Source of the DNA: Bacillota bacterium
GTDB taxonomy: Bacteria; Bacillota; JAAYKD01
Direction of reading: 5' to 3'
Length of the DNA: 64,000 bases
NCBI GenBank assembly: GCA_963666425.2
Contig: OY762825.2
Location: forward strand, 800,001-864,000
Shown: positions 50,852 through 60,755 of the stretch, in pieces
How positions within the stretch are numbered: the first letter of the stretch is position 1
How the letters are laid out: the number at the start of each line of letters is the position of its first letter
Position numbers and translations under genes: made by a program
Notes under the pieces: generated by a model
Told to the model about the DNA's origin: nothing
What the model saw: the letters and a program-made list of their open reading frames with translations, nothing else
Databases searched by the model: none

Positions 50852-52558
50852 TTGATTAAGTTGAACAGGATATTACAAAACAGTATATTCATGTTAAATT
50901 ACATAAAGAAGCACTGCAGAAAATTCATGATTATAGCTTTTTCCCTGGCACTGGTTTCAAGTATTGTTTCTATTGTATCGATCATTTTCATAAGAGTAGC
51001 ATTAAATGATGTGATTTCGAATAAATCAATGCGGACGCTAATTATTATCCTTATTGCGAATTTTTCCGTTTCACTCCTCGCGGCACACCTCACATCGGTT
51101 AGTAATAACATCGTTATTCCCATAGCAACTCAGAAATTCCAAGCCAATATGCATAGAGAATTGTATGAGAAAGCAGCAGAAATTGATTTGATTAAGTATG
51201 ATGACCCTATATTCTATAATAAATATATAATGGCACTAAATAATTCTGATTCAAGAGCGTTGTCTGTGTTAAGCACATATACCTCATTATTGACCGCTGT
51301 TATTAATAGTATAGGTATGATTGCATTTATATTATCAATTAATCAAGTTATTATCTTCCTTATTGTTGTTTTGAACGTGTTAATTTCGACGTATTGCAGT
51401 TCAATCTCATCTACTATTTCACATAAATTTAATCTATCTCTAGTTGCCATTCAAAGAAAAACTGCTTATGTGAAAAGAGTTTTTTATTTAAATAATTATG
51501 CATGCGATATACGAACTACTAAAATTACAGAGGTTCTTTTTCGCATTTTGAACGACACTATGCGGTCAACACGTGAATTGACTGAAAAATGGGGATGGAA
51601 AAACTACAGAATCACATTATTTCAACATGTGATACAAGCAATAACTACTTTACTAACAATGCTTTATCTTTCAAAATTATATATCTCTGGCTTTATGCCT
51701 GCTGGCGATTTTGCCGCCGTTTTGAGCAGTGTTAATTTACTTGTCTCTTCACTCAAGAATCTCTTTGCGTCGATTCCTCAGCTTTATGAACATAGCTTAT
51801 ATATCGAGAATTTCAAAGAGTTTTTCCTATACAAGCCCACATATGATTCGATAGAATGCAAAGAAATAGAAGCGATCAAAGTAATAAAGATTGATAACTG
51901 CTCATTTGAGTATGAAGAAGGTAAGTGTATTTTAGAGAATATAAATTTGGAAGTAAACATTAGAGAAAAATTAGGGATAATTGGTCCAAATGGAGTAGGT
52001 AAAACGACATTCATTAAGTTAATTACGGGTCTTTATAAGCCGATAAGCGGGAATATTTTTTTGAATGACATTAATTATTCAAAACTGTCTAAAAATGTTT
52101 TTCTGCAAAATTTCTCGGTGTTTTTTCAAAATTTTGAAATCTATGCTACTAGTATTGCAGAGAATGTTCTAATGAAACCCATTGAGAACTTTGAAACGGA
52201 ATCACTTCTTGTTGAAGATGCATTAAAAAATGTAGGCCTATGGGAAAAAATTAATAAATTTGAAAACGGTATTTTAACCCCCATGCTAAAAGAGTTTGAT
52301 GAAGCAGCCGGTGCTTTTTCAACAGGGGAGTATCAGAGGATTGCACTTGCTCGGATTTTTGTAAAAAAATGCGCATTCGTTATTCTAGATGAACCCTTCA
52401 GCCATATAGATAAGAATTCGGTGGAACTAATTTTGAACAACTTAATTAAGAGAAATCCGGAATGCGGTATTGTAATGGTGACTCATGACAAAGCAAACTT
52501 GATCTCATTTGATAAAGTGTACGACCTTGAAACTAAGACATTAAATTCTTTAATATAA
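50852..52558 (+). CDS. ABC exporter (fused permease/ATPase) of the RiPP cluster
   Basis: N-terminal TM domain; GPNGVGKT, FSTGEYQR, ILDEP, VTHD; no C39 peptidase domain. Confidence 0.9.
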   Translation: MIKLNRILQNSIFMLNYIKKHCRKFMIIAFSLALVSSIVSIVSIIFIRVALNDVISNKSMRTLIIILIANFSVSLLAAHLTSVSNNIVIPIATQKFQANMHRELYEKAAEIDLIKYDDPIFYNKYIMALNNSDSRALSVLSTYTSLLTAVINSIGMIAFILSINQVIIFLIVVLNVLISTYCSSISSTISHKFNLSLVAIQRKTAYVKRVFYLNNYACDIRTTKITEVLFRILNDTMRSTRELTEKWGWKNYRITLFQHVIQAITTLLTMLYLSKLYISGFMPAGDFAAVLSSVNLLVSSLKNLFASIPQLYEHSLYIENFKEFFLYKPTYDSIECKEIEAIKVIKIDNCSFEYEEGKCILENINLEVNIREKLGIIGPNGVGKTTFIKLITGLYKPISGNIFLNDINYSKLSKNVFLQNFSVFFQNFEIYATSIAENVLMKPIENFETESLLVEDALKNVGLWEKINKFENGILTPMLKEFDEAAGAFSTGEYQRIALARIFVKKCAFVILDEPFSHIDKNSVELILNNLIKRNPECGIVMVTHDKANLISFDKVYDLETKTLNSLI

Positions 52559-52772
52559 CAGGGTAATTAAGATTTCCCGTTGTACAATTACTTATTAGTG
52601 AGGAGCCTTTAGATTTTCCGGTGTAGCGCACCTATAGAATTTTTGAACCTAACTATTCCTCAATCACAACCGATGTTCATAGCTGTTCGACGACTTGCAG
52701 AGAATTTACTCTTCTAGGAAATTGTTTCTTGAAACAGTATTTTCATATAAAAAATCCAAAAGGAGGAGAAAA

Positions 52773-54068
52773 ATGAAGTTCAGTAATTATCTCACCATGT
52801 TTGAAACCTCGCAGTGCATGATTCTATATAGCACTTTAAGGAGGTGCGCAATTAAGATTTATGATATAGATATTAAAGAGGTTATTCGAAGTTTAAAAAC
52901 TGGAGAAACGATTGACGAATCTTACTTGACAAAGTATTCAGACTTCTTTGAAGATCTAAAAGAGAATAATTTCATAATGGAAGATATTTGCGACGAATCC
53001 GAACTGGTCAATTACTTATATCAAACCTCAGTATCAAAAGATGCATCATTGGAATTGATATTGATTCCTACTCGACAATGCAATTTTCGATGCCCTTATT
53101 GTTATGAAGAGCATGAAGCTAAGGTAATGAGTGAAGAAGTTTATTCTAATATATTGAGTTTCATTAAGAAGTATCTTGAATATAGATCAATAAAAAAAAT
53201 AAGGATTTCTTGGTTTGGAGGGGAGCCGCTGCTTGAACACAAAAAAATCATTGATTTTATGAAAACTTTGAAATCTTTAGTCGAGGACAATTGTTGCATT
53301 GAAGGCAGCATGACAACTAATGGCTATTTGCTCAACGAGGTTCTATTCAATGATCTTGTTTCATGTAATGTTAAAAGTTATCAAATAACGGTTGATGGTT
53401 TAAAGGAGTTCCATAATAAGACAAGATATCTATTAGGCGGACATGGGACTTGGGATAAAATCATGAAAAATCTTTTAAAAGCAAAAAAGACACCTCATGA
53501 TTTTAGAATATTGATTAGGACTAACTATACAGAGGAGTCATTATCGAAATATTTGGAATGGTTAAACATTCTAAAGGAGAGTTTTGGTGATGATAAAAGG
53601 TTTGCATTTTATTGTGAGACGGTAAAAAACCTTGGGGGAAACAACACAGAGTATGCTTATAATAATAAGAAACCTAATCCAATTGGTTATGTACTATCAG
53701 ACATGAAAAACTTAAATTTAAATTCATCGGGTTATGAATATCTGACTAACAACTTTGGTTATATTTGTTATGCTAGTCGGCAAAATTCTTTTGTAATTGA
53801 TTATGATGGAGCTCTAAAGAAATGTACAATTTTACTAGATAATGACAAAAATATTGTTGGAAATATAAGCAATCAGATGGATAATATTGATTTCAAAAAA
53901 ATGGCTTGGTGGACGAGTTATAATCATAAAGAAGCATGTCGATCGTGTTATATATATCCTATTTGTTATGGAAAGAAATGCCCGGCTTCCTATTTTTCCG
54001 AAGATTCATGTAGGTTGTTTAAAGAATATCAGCTTGGGGTCATCAGAAGTGTTGTACAAGAAATGTAA
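52773..54068 (+). CDS. Radical SAM/SPASM peptide maturase
   Basis: CNFRCPYC, WFGGEPLL, TTNG, ICYA...KKC...CRSCYIYPICYGKKCP...C; ~90-aa RRE-like N-terminal extension; AGGAGG RBS. Confidence 0.9.
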   Translation: MKFSNYLTMFETSQCMILYSTLRRCAIKIYDIDIKEVIRSLKTGETIDESYLTKYSDFFEDLKENNFIMEDICDESELVNYLYQTSVSKDASLELILIPTRQCNFRCPYCYEEHEAKVMSEEVYSNILSFIKKYLEYRSIKKIRISWFGGEPLLEHKKIIDFMKTLKSLVEDNCCIEGSMTTNGYLLNEVLFNDLVSCNVKSYQITVDGLKEFHNKTRYLLGGHGTWDKIMKNLLKAKKTPHDFRILIRTNYTEESLSKYLEWLNILKESFGDDKRFAFYCETVKNLGGNNTEYAYNNKKPNPIGYVLSDMKNLNLNSSGYEYLTNNFGYICYASRQNSFVIDYDGALKKCTILLDNDKNIVGNISNQMDNIDFKKMAWWTSYNHKEACRSCYIYPICYGKKCPASYFSEDSCRLFKEYQLGVIRSVVQEM

Positions 54069-54100
54069 GTGATTCTGAGGGTTTTTTGTATGACATACTG

Positions 54101-54428
54101 AGCTTCACGAGGCATACATGCAATACCTTAATTAACGAAAGGAGTTTTTTAATTTGAAATCATATGAAATAGTGAATTTGAATAAAAAATATGATATAGC
54201 TCCCCTGTTTTTAGATGTATGTTCCGATGTTTGCCCCAACATGGGGGGGTGTACCGATGTTTGTCCAGATATCGGTTGTGCAACAAACACAGGGTGTAAT
54301 GTGGATACTAGTTGCAACCCGAATGCAGGTTGCGGTGGTGGTTCTGATATGGGTTGTGGTGCTAATAAAATAGTAAGATAAACAGTCTCAAGAATATAGA
54401 TTAGTTGCATGTATGCCTCTGTGGAGTT
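54101..54428. repeat. Inverted repeat pair enclosing the precursor gene
   Basis: GAGGCATACATGCAA (54109-54123) and TTGCATGTATGCCTC (54405-54419), extendable by 8 bp with G-U pairs. Confidence 0.9.
54154..54381 (+). CDS. Cys-rich RiPP precursor peptide (9 Cys)
   Basis: GAAAGGAG RBS plus TTG start; Cys-free leader and a Cys/Asp/Asn/Gly-rich core; next to the rSAM gene. Confidence 0.85.
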   Translation: MKSYEIVNLNKKYDIAPLFLDVCSDVCPNMGGCTDVCPDIGCATNTGCNVDTSCNPNAGCGGGSDMGCGANKIVR

Positions 54429-54559
54429 AATTAATTAACGAGGGGTTAAGAGTTATCCTATTGGGAAACTCTCAAAATTCGGAGATTTATATAGACTGAA
54501 AGGTATCTGGTACAGCCCTAATGATTTGCTGAACATTATTATTAATGGGGGGTAATAGT

Positions 54560-55789
54560 ATGAAAAAAGTAATGATAGTAATCATATTAATAGTTGCGGC
54601 ACTAACATTCGATATATATAAACCGTATCTATATCAAAAGCTGAATTACAATAAACTAATAACACTTGATAAGCCATCGGCGCACTCCGATATTGATTAT
54701 CTATGGTATCATTTAGAAGATGAGTATCCATATTTAAACACTGCTTTTGAAAACAAAGGTAAAGTGGATTATCACAGTTACTTAAATGACGGAATAACAG
54801 ATGCTTCCGATTTTTCGTTCAATACATATACGCAATACTTACTTAAAATCCCTAATGATCTCAGATATAGAGGTGATTTTACTCTTGTCTTTCCAAAACT
54901 GTACTATTATTTTCATGAGAACTGGACAAGAGCAAAATACGCTTCAAAACAAATACAGAATAACTACAATGAGTTGATTAAGAATGTTTCTTGTGACACA
55001 TATAATATTTTAAAACAATCAGAGGTGAGTCAATTAGATTATGGTGTACCATCTGACAGTATGAAAAGTTTCACTACTGAGGAGATTAGTGCAGATATTG
55101 CTTACTTGAAAATTGAGAATGGATCAAGTACCCGAATAGATAAAGATCGAGAAGCGTTAACGGACTTCTTTAAGTCCATTCATGGAAAAGATTACCTGAT
55201 AATAGATCTTCCCGAATCAAACATTTATTCGTCAGAATATTTTATAGAGAATATTATTTCACCTAACCTTCCTGTCGATTACAGTTTCAGCAGCTATGCT
55301 TTATACACAGAGGATGGTTATAAAAAAAGGGAGGCTGAAGATGCATTTGTGGGTATGCAAACGGGTTCGGTCGATGAAATAGCCGAATTGACAAATCAGA
55401 TTAATGTAGATGATTTAGCGCGTCTAAAATACTATACGAAATCCAATCATTTTATAGAAGCTATAAACGATAAACCTTTGTTTAATGGAGAGATTATTCT
55501 ATTGACAGATGCCTATATTTATGGTGTAGGTGAATATCTGACAATGATCGCAGAAAAAAGTGGCTTTTCCACCTTGGTTGGTAAACCAACACATGGTAAA
55601 GGTGTTATTGGTGATATGGATATCAGTGTACTTTCTCTTCCGAAAAGCGGTATAGTTTTTACTTATCAATTAAAATACGACTTATGGGAAGATGGATCAA
55701 CTTTAGTAACCCCCATTTCACCGGATTTTCTTGCATTGGATCAAGAATCACCACTTGAAGCAAGTATGAGATATATAAAAGAGAAGTAG
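54560..55789 (+). CDS. Membrane-anchored S41-peptidase-like protein with a degenerate active site
   Basis: DIDYLW..LEDEYPY, IAYLKI, LIIDL, FNGEIILLTD, TLVGKPTHG, LPKSG, PD; YGVGE at the usual YSA/SE position. Confidence 0.75.
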   Translation: MKKVMIVIILIVAALTFDIYKPYLYQKLNYNKLITLDKPSAHSDIDYLWYHLEDEYPYLNTAFENKGKVDYHSYLNDGITDASDFSFNTYTQYLLKIPNDLRYRGDFTLVFPKLYYYFHENWTRAKYASKQIQNNYNELIKNVSCDTYNILKQSEVSQLDYGVPSDSMKSFTTEEISADIAYLKIENGSSTRIDKDREALTDFFKSIHGKDYLIIDLPESNIYSSEYFIENIISPNLPVDYSFSSYALYTEDGYKKREAEDAFVGMQTGSVDEIAELTNQINVDDLARLKYYTKSNHFIEAINDKPLFNGEIILLTDAYIYGVGEYLTMIAEKSGFSTLVGKPTHGKGVIGDMDISVLSLPKSGIVFTYQLKYDLWEDGSTLVTPISPDFLALDQESPLEASMRYIKEK

Positions 55790-55815
55790 ACGTTTACAGT
55801 TAATCTGAATCCATT

Positions 55816-56262
55816 TTGCAAAGAATGTTAGCAACATTCGCCAAAGGCGTATCAAAATTTGTTCCTATACTTGGCGGAGTTATCTCTGGCGGTCTCACGC
55901 TGGCAATGTTTAAGATGATGGCACACATGCTCAAGAAGCATCTCTCAACAATGGCTCATATGTCGCCGGAAGAGTTTGCCGAGTACGAAGCCGCTATTGT
56001 CTTTGATGCGAAAGACTCAGACACAGATGGCGAGATTGTTGAAGTAGTGATTGATGAGGTTGCGACAAACTATTGGGTTTGTACTTGTGGTGCGGAGAAC
56101 AAAGGTAAATTCTGCCCTGAGTGTGGCAAAGCAAAGCCCATCGGGATACCGCAATACAAATGTAACAAGTACGATAGGGAACCGGATGATAAGACTCACC
56201 CACCAAAGTTCTGTCCAGAATGTGGCGACCCATTTGATGACGGCGATATAGTATTGGTATAA
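55816..56262 (+). pseudogene. 5'-truncated gene with a C-terminal double zinc ribbon
   Basis: No clear RBS; KFVPILGGVISGG segment; WVCTCG..NKGKFCPECG...PPKFCPECG with one CxxC degenerate. Confidence 0.55.
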
Positions 56263-56553
56263 CATAATTAGCAAACATTATAAGCAAACCGGTAGCTCTC
56301 CAATTACTATTAGTTGCCCACTATGTTTATAAACCATAACGAACGTAATACAAACATTCTGAAATAAAAACTCCTCTTCACAAGAAGGGAAATCAGTGAT
56401 GATGAGCTTTTATTTCCAAGCCTTATACCTGTATAACTGTGTCATTCTTAAAGGTGAACCATACATTATCTTTGACTGTTCGTATTTTTGTGTAAAATAT
56501 AAATAGTAATCAAAACAAGAGCAAAGTTTTTTAAATATAGAGGAGCCAGAATT

Positions 56554-57285
56554 TTGAACAATCTTTTTTCACATAGTGCCATAAAAGCTGAGGGCAAAGA
56601 ACACTTGAAGCAACATTTCTCATCGGCAGTTCTGTTTCTATTACTGACCTTAACGGTATCGCTTGTAGCCAGTCGAGTTTTGGGTGTCTTGTTTTCCACC
56701 AGAGGACCGGCTATTGATTGGCAGTCGATGACAACACATCAAATCGTAATCAAAACTAGAGAGCTGATATTCACCACTCATAATTTGCTTCGTATGTTGG
56801 TAGAAAACCTGGTTACAGCGGCAGTAGCGTTAGCTAAGGTCTGCTTTTACCTCAATGTTGCTCGGTCAACGGACAAAATCACCCTTATTAATCCCTTAAT
56901 TTACGGGTTCAAACACTCGTTCAAAGCCTATCTTCTTGATTTTTTAATGGGTATTGTTGTCGGTATTGGCGTTGTCTTGTTGATTATTCCCGGCATTATT
57001 TGGGGAATTCAATACATGTTTGCTTTTCTTGTATTGGCAGATCATCCGGAATATTCGGTCATGCAAGCCTTTCAGCGCAGTGCTGAACTAACCAAGGGTA
57101 AAAAAATGCATCTTTTTAAGTTCATTCTGAGCTTTTTCCCGTGGTTACTATTAGTTGCCGTTACTTTCGGGTTGGCCATTCTTTATGTAGGACCATACTA
57201 TAGCACTTCCGTAGCAGTATATTATAATCGATTAGTCTATGACGCGGAGGGTGTCTTGCCCGAACCCCCTGGTGAAATTCTTTAA
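56554..57285 (+). CDS. DUF975-family membrane protein
   Basis: LLIIPGII...S..LTKGKK..LF..ILSF..W...TFGLA.LYV.PY; GGAG RBS. Confidence 0.85.
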   Translation: MNNLFSHSAIKAEGKEHLKQHFSSAVLFLLLTLTVSLVASRVLGVLFSTRGPAIDWQSMTTHQIVIKTRELIFTTHNLLRMLVENLVTAAVALAKVCFYLNVARSTDKITLINPLIYGFKHSFKAYLLDFLMGIVVGIGVVLLIIPGIIWGIQYMFAFLVLADHPEYSVMQAFQRSAELTKGKKMHLFKFILSFFPWLLLVAVTFGLAILYVGPYYSTSVAVYYNRLVYDAEGVLPEPPGEIL

Positions 57286-57298
57286 CAGAATAATAAAA

Positions 57299-57975
57299 AG
57301 ACTAACTATTAAAAGTCAATCCCCAAAATGGAAAAAAACTGTGGATAGGCCGCCGCCCTATGACAAGCAGCAGCCAAATGCTGCGGAAAGATCAGCGAGG
57401 GCGACGGAGGCAATAAATTACCAGACCCAGCCCCCTTGAGCTTTCCAGCCTAGCATTTGGCTGCTTCTGCTTGTCAAGGGTTCGCTGCGCCGGCTGAGGT
57501 GTACAAGTTGTCGGCGAAGGCTCAAAAGGCAATTATGCCGCTCTTCGGTAACCTTCACCGGATTTCTGCATTGCGTAGATTAAGCGTACCAATTTCTTGG
57601 CTGCATGAGAAATAGCGACATTGTAGTGCTTCCCTTCGGCTCGTTTCTTTGCCAGATATGCGGCGAAGATTGGATCCCAGATACAGACATACTTTGCGGC
57701 ATTAAACAGAGCAAAACGGAGATATCGGGAACCGCGTTTCTCCATATGCGAATGGCTGTTATCCATCTTGCCGGATTGGTATGTGGATGGAGACAGGCCT
57801 GCAAATGCAAGAATCTTGTCCGGAGAATCGAACTTGGCAAAGTCTCCAATCTCGGCAAGAATCATTGCTCCCATACGAGTACCCATGCCTGGAATGGTAG
57901 TAATTGGAGAATGGAGTGCCTGCATAAGCTCGTCAATCTGAGCTTCAATCTCGTCAATTTCAGAGTCCAGTTTGT
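57299..57975 (-). mobile_element. IS110-family element: transposase C-terminal fragment plus 3' non-coding end
   Basis: TIPGMG...ILAEIGD...AFAGLSPSTYQSG...KRGSRYLR...KKLVRLIY; end sequence TTGACTTTTAATAGTTAGTCT. Confidence 0.85.
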
Positions 57976-58069
57976 TTAATGTAAACTAAAAATACCGGAA
58001 AAAATCATCAGGAAGTCCGTTAATTATCATCAAGAATTCCCAGGAAAAATCATGACGAAAAGATGGTTT

Positions 58070-58400
58070 CCATAAAGATTTGGGATACCAACATTTTTTG
58101 GTTTCCGCCGTAGCAGTATTCCACAACAGGATAAGAGCCGTTCGGGTCAAAATTCGCTGGAAATACTAACATTCCACAAATATCGGTGGTTTTGTCTGAA
58201 CCTTTGACACAAAAAGGAGTGGATGAATATAACCAGCCGCCTTCAAGTGCTCAACATCGGCCTTTACAATGATGCGAATTGCAGTTCTGTCTATTGCATA
58301 AAGCGTGACGATGGGCTCTTGTTTATAGGAAATTAATAAATCTAAACAATATTCGCCATTCTCTGCGAAATAGGTTTCATGATCTCCGGTTTTATCGCCC
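58070..58400 (-). pseudogene. S9B dipeptidyl peptidase IV-like fragment
   Basis: Frameshifted ...ICGMLVFPANFDPNGSYPVVEYCYGG. Confidence 0.65.
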
Positions 58401-58561
58401 TTGAAGAGTTATATCAACACTTTATTTTCATACTATTATTTTGACTAAAAAGTTTTGAAGATGCTGTCAAACGCTTCTCAACTCTTCTCACCATAAAAGC
58501 TACGCAAATATTCCGCAACTTTTGTACTCCTACGACAAAATTTGTTTTTATAACTTAGATA

Positions 58562-59521
58562 TTAGTGCACCTTTACTAGCCCGAACCGCTGCTCAATTCC
58601 GTCAAGAATTACAATATAGTCATCAAAGAATGGGGCATTCCCCATGAGCCCATCAACTCCCCAACCATTAAAGTAATCAGGCCTTTCTTCGACATAATAC
58701 ACCATCGGCTTTCCCAGTTCAATGCCAGAAACGATGGTCTCTTCTTGAGTTGGTGCACCAATCAATGTAATGTTGTTACCCCAAGCGGTAGCCTCTATAC
58801 AAGTATTATCTGTTTCATTTCCCGCTCTCCCCGTGATTTGCTGCCATATATCCAAATTAACATTTAGCGGAAAGAGGCTAGAACCCGTGTCATAAGCCAT
58901 TTTCAGAGGAGTCTCACCTACCATAGTATTTACAACGAAAAGATGCCGAACCATTTCTGATTTGCTGAAAGTTACTTTCTCCACTATTTCAGCAGGTAAT
59001 TGAGAGGCGGAATTAGCAATCGCTAATCTGTTGTTTGGGAAATCCAATACTAAGATTTTATCCTTAAAAAAATCCATGCCTAAGCAACCAATAAGAACAT
59101 CCTCATCCTCGGCCGTCACAGTTTGCCCGTAATTTTTCATTGTGGCAAAGATTGCATTCTTAGTATCATAACCCGCAATATTACCGTTAAAACTTACGAC
59201 ATCATAGGTATCATTTTTTACAATCGTTTTGACCGCGATTCCAAGGCTGACGATTGTAGTTTCATAAAACACCGACTGAGCACCTGTGTCAAGTTGCAAC
59301 CAAAATTTTTGATCTGATTTTTCTAATTGAATAGGTACGAAGATTACGGTCTTTTCATAATAGGTTTCTCCTAATATACTATTTCTCCATTTAAATGGCT
59401 GCCAAGAGAAATCCTTTATCTCGATTTCATTCCAATTGGTTGGTGGAACAGATTTTTCGGAACAACCTACCAACAACAGGCTCAAGCAAATAACGAACAA
59501 GTATGTAAATAATTTCTTCAT
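58562..59521 (-). CDS. Lipoprotein with tandem aspartic-protease-like domains
   Basis: Lipobox LVGC; LQLDTGA...GCLGMDF and AYDTGSS...GLMGN. Confidence 0.7.
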   Translation of the reverse strand: MKKLFTYLFVICLSLLLVGCSEKSVPPTNWNEIEIKDFSWQPFKWRNSILGETYYEKTVIFVPIQLEKSDQKFWLQLDTGAQSVFYETTIVSLGIAVKTIVKNDTYDVVSFNGNIAGYDTKNAIFATMKNYGQTVTAEDEDVLIGCLGMDFFKDKILVLDFPNNRLAIANSASQLPAEIVEKVTFSKSEMVRHLFVVNTMVGETPLKMAYDTGSSLFPLNVNLDIWQQITGRAGNETDNTCIEATAWGNNITLIGAPTQEETIVSGIELGKPMVYYVEERPDYFNGWGVDGLMGNAPFFDDYIVILDGIEQRFGLVKVH

Positions 59522-59692
59522 ACTAACCCCCTATGATTCTTTAGAAATTACGATTCTATTGTTAAGTAAAACTGGTTCAAAACGTTCACTGATTAAGAAA
59601 ATCCGACTTTTAAATCAATAATAAAAAATTACTTCCCTGCGATGTATAATTCATTTAATAGTCATTCGCTATTAATCGTTTAAATTCCTATT

Positions 59693-60136
59693 GTTTTCCC
59701 TCCTTGAAATAATATCGCATTAATAATTCTCTGTGCTGTAAGCCATTGCTGAATGGACCTATCTAATTCAGTTTCACCGGCTTCGGTAATGTGGTAATAT
59801 TTTCGCCTGCCTCCCTGGGATTCTTCCCCCCCAATAACTTTTAATTAGATTGTCTTTCTCAAGTCGTTTTAGGCTCGTATAAAGCGATGGTTCATTTTCC
59901 TTATCGCCTTTTTGCGATATTGATTTGATTATTTCGTAGCCGTAGTTATCACCGTCACGCAAAACCGTCAATATGATTGTATCTATATGGCCTCGGATTA
60001 AGTCGCTGCTAATACTGTCAATGGGCATTACAATCACTCCTCCTTCCAACTGTATTGTATAACATATTACTATGTGTGTCAATGTAATATTGCAAAAATA
60101 GGAGCTGTAGCAAAAACAGAAAATTGCTACAGCTCC
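59693..60136 (-). pseudogene. Frameshifted duplicate of padR with its promoter (direct repeat of 34811-35264)
   Basis: Highly similar sequence with a 9-nt deletion and an expanded G-run frameshift. Confidence 0.9.
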
Positions 60137-60309
60137 ACCAGGGTGCGCGTATTCGACCAGCATTCCTACAAAAAATCCAGTACAATCAATGGTTCGAGTC
60201 TGTCGGGTCCAAATAAATGTGAAAATTCCCCGGTGAATACCAGAGAAACATACAGCGTTTATGCCACGAAGGTTGTTTCTGTTGAGGGATGACGTGGTAG
60301 GCTTCAGTC

Positions 60310-60729
60310 TCTCTCCCCGCTCCGCAATGCGATGTACTCCATTCGCTGACCCTTGTTTACTTCTTCTGGCTTTTGGCGAAAAAACCTAATGCGTCTCGCA
60401 GGATCTCGGTGTCCTCTTTCAGCCTTCGGTTTTCTTTTTGAAGACGTTCGGCTTCCGCTTTCCATTCAGCTGGACTTTTTCCGGAATTCCTGTTCCATAT
60501 TCTTTATTCCCTTTTTGGAATTATGTCTTCCAGGTATAGAGTGTGCTGCTCTTCATCCCCAGTCGCCGAGCTACTGCCGCTGTTCCTATTTCCTCTGCCA
60601 ATTTCAGGGCTTCCTGCTGTAATTTTTTGCTGTATGTTTGATTCATCTTCTATCGCTCTCCTTTTACTTATACTTTTAGTATAGCATATCCGCGCGATTT
60701 AGACTCCACTTTTATCGTAGTACTCCACA
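60310..60729 (-). mobile_element. IS3-family left end with degenerate orfA
   Basis: MNQTYSKKLQQEALKLAEEIG...ARRLG...TLYTW*...ENRRLKEDTEILRDALGFFAK. Confidence 0.7.
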
Positions 60730-60755
60730 ATGATAGCACAAATAATAGATTGCCC

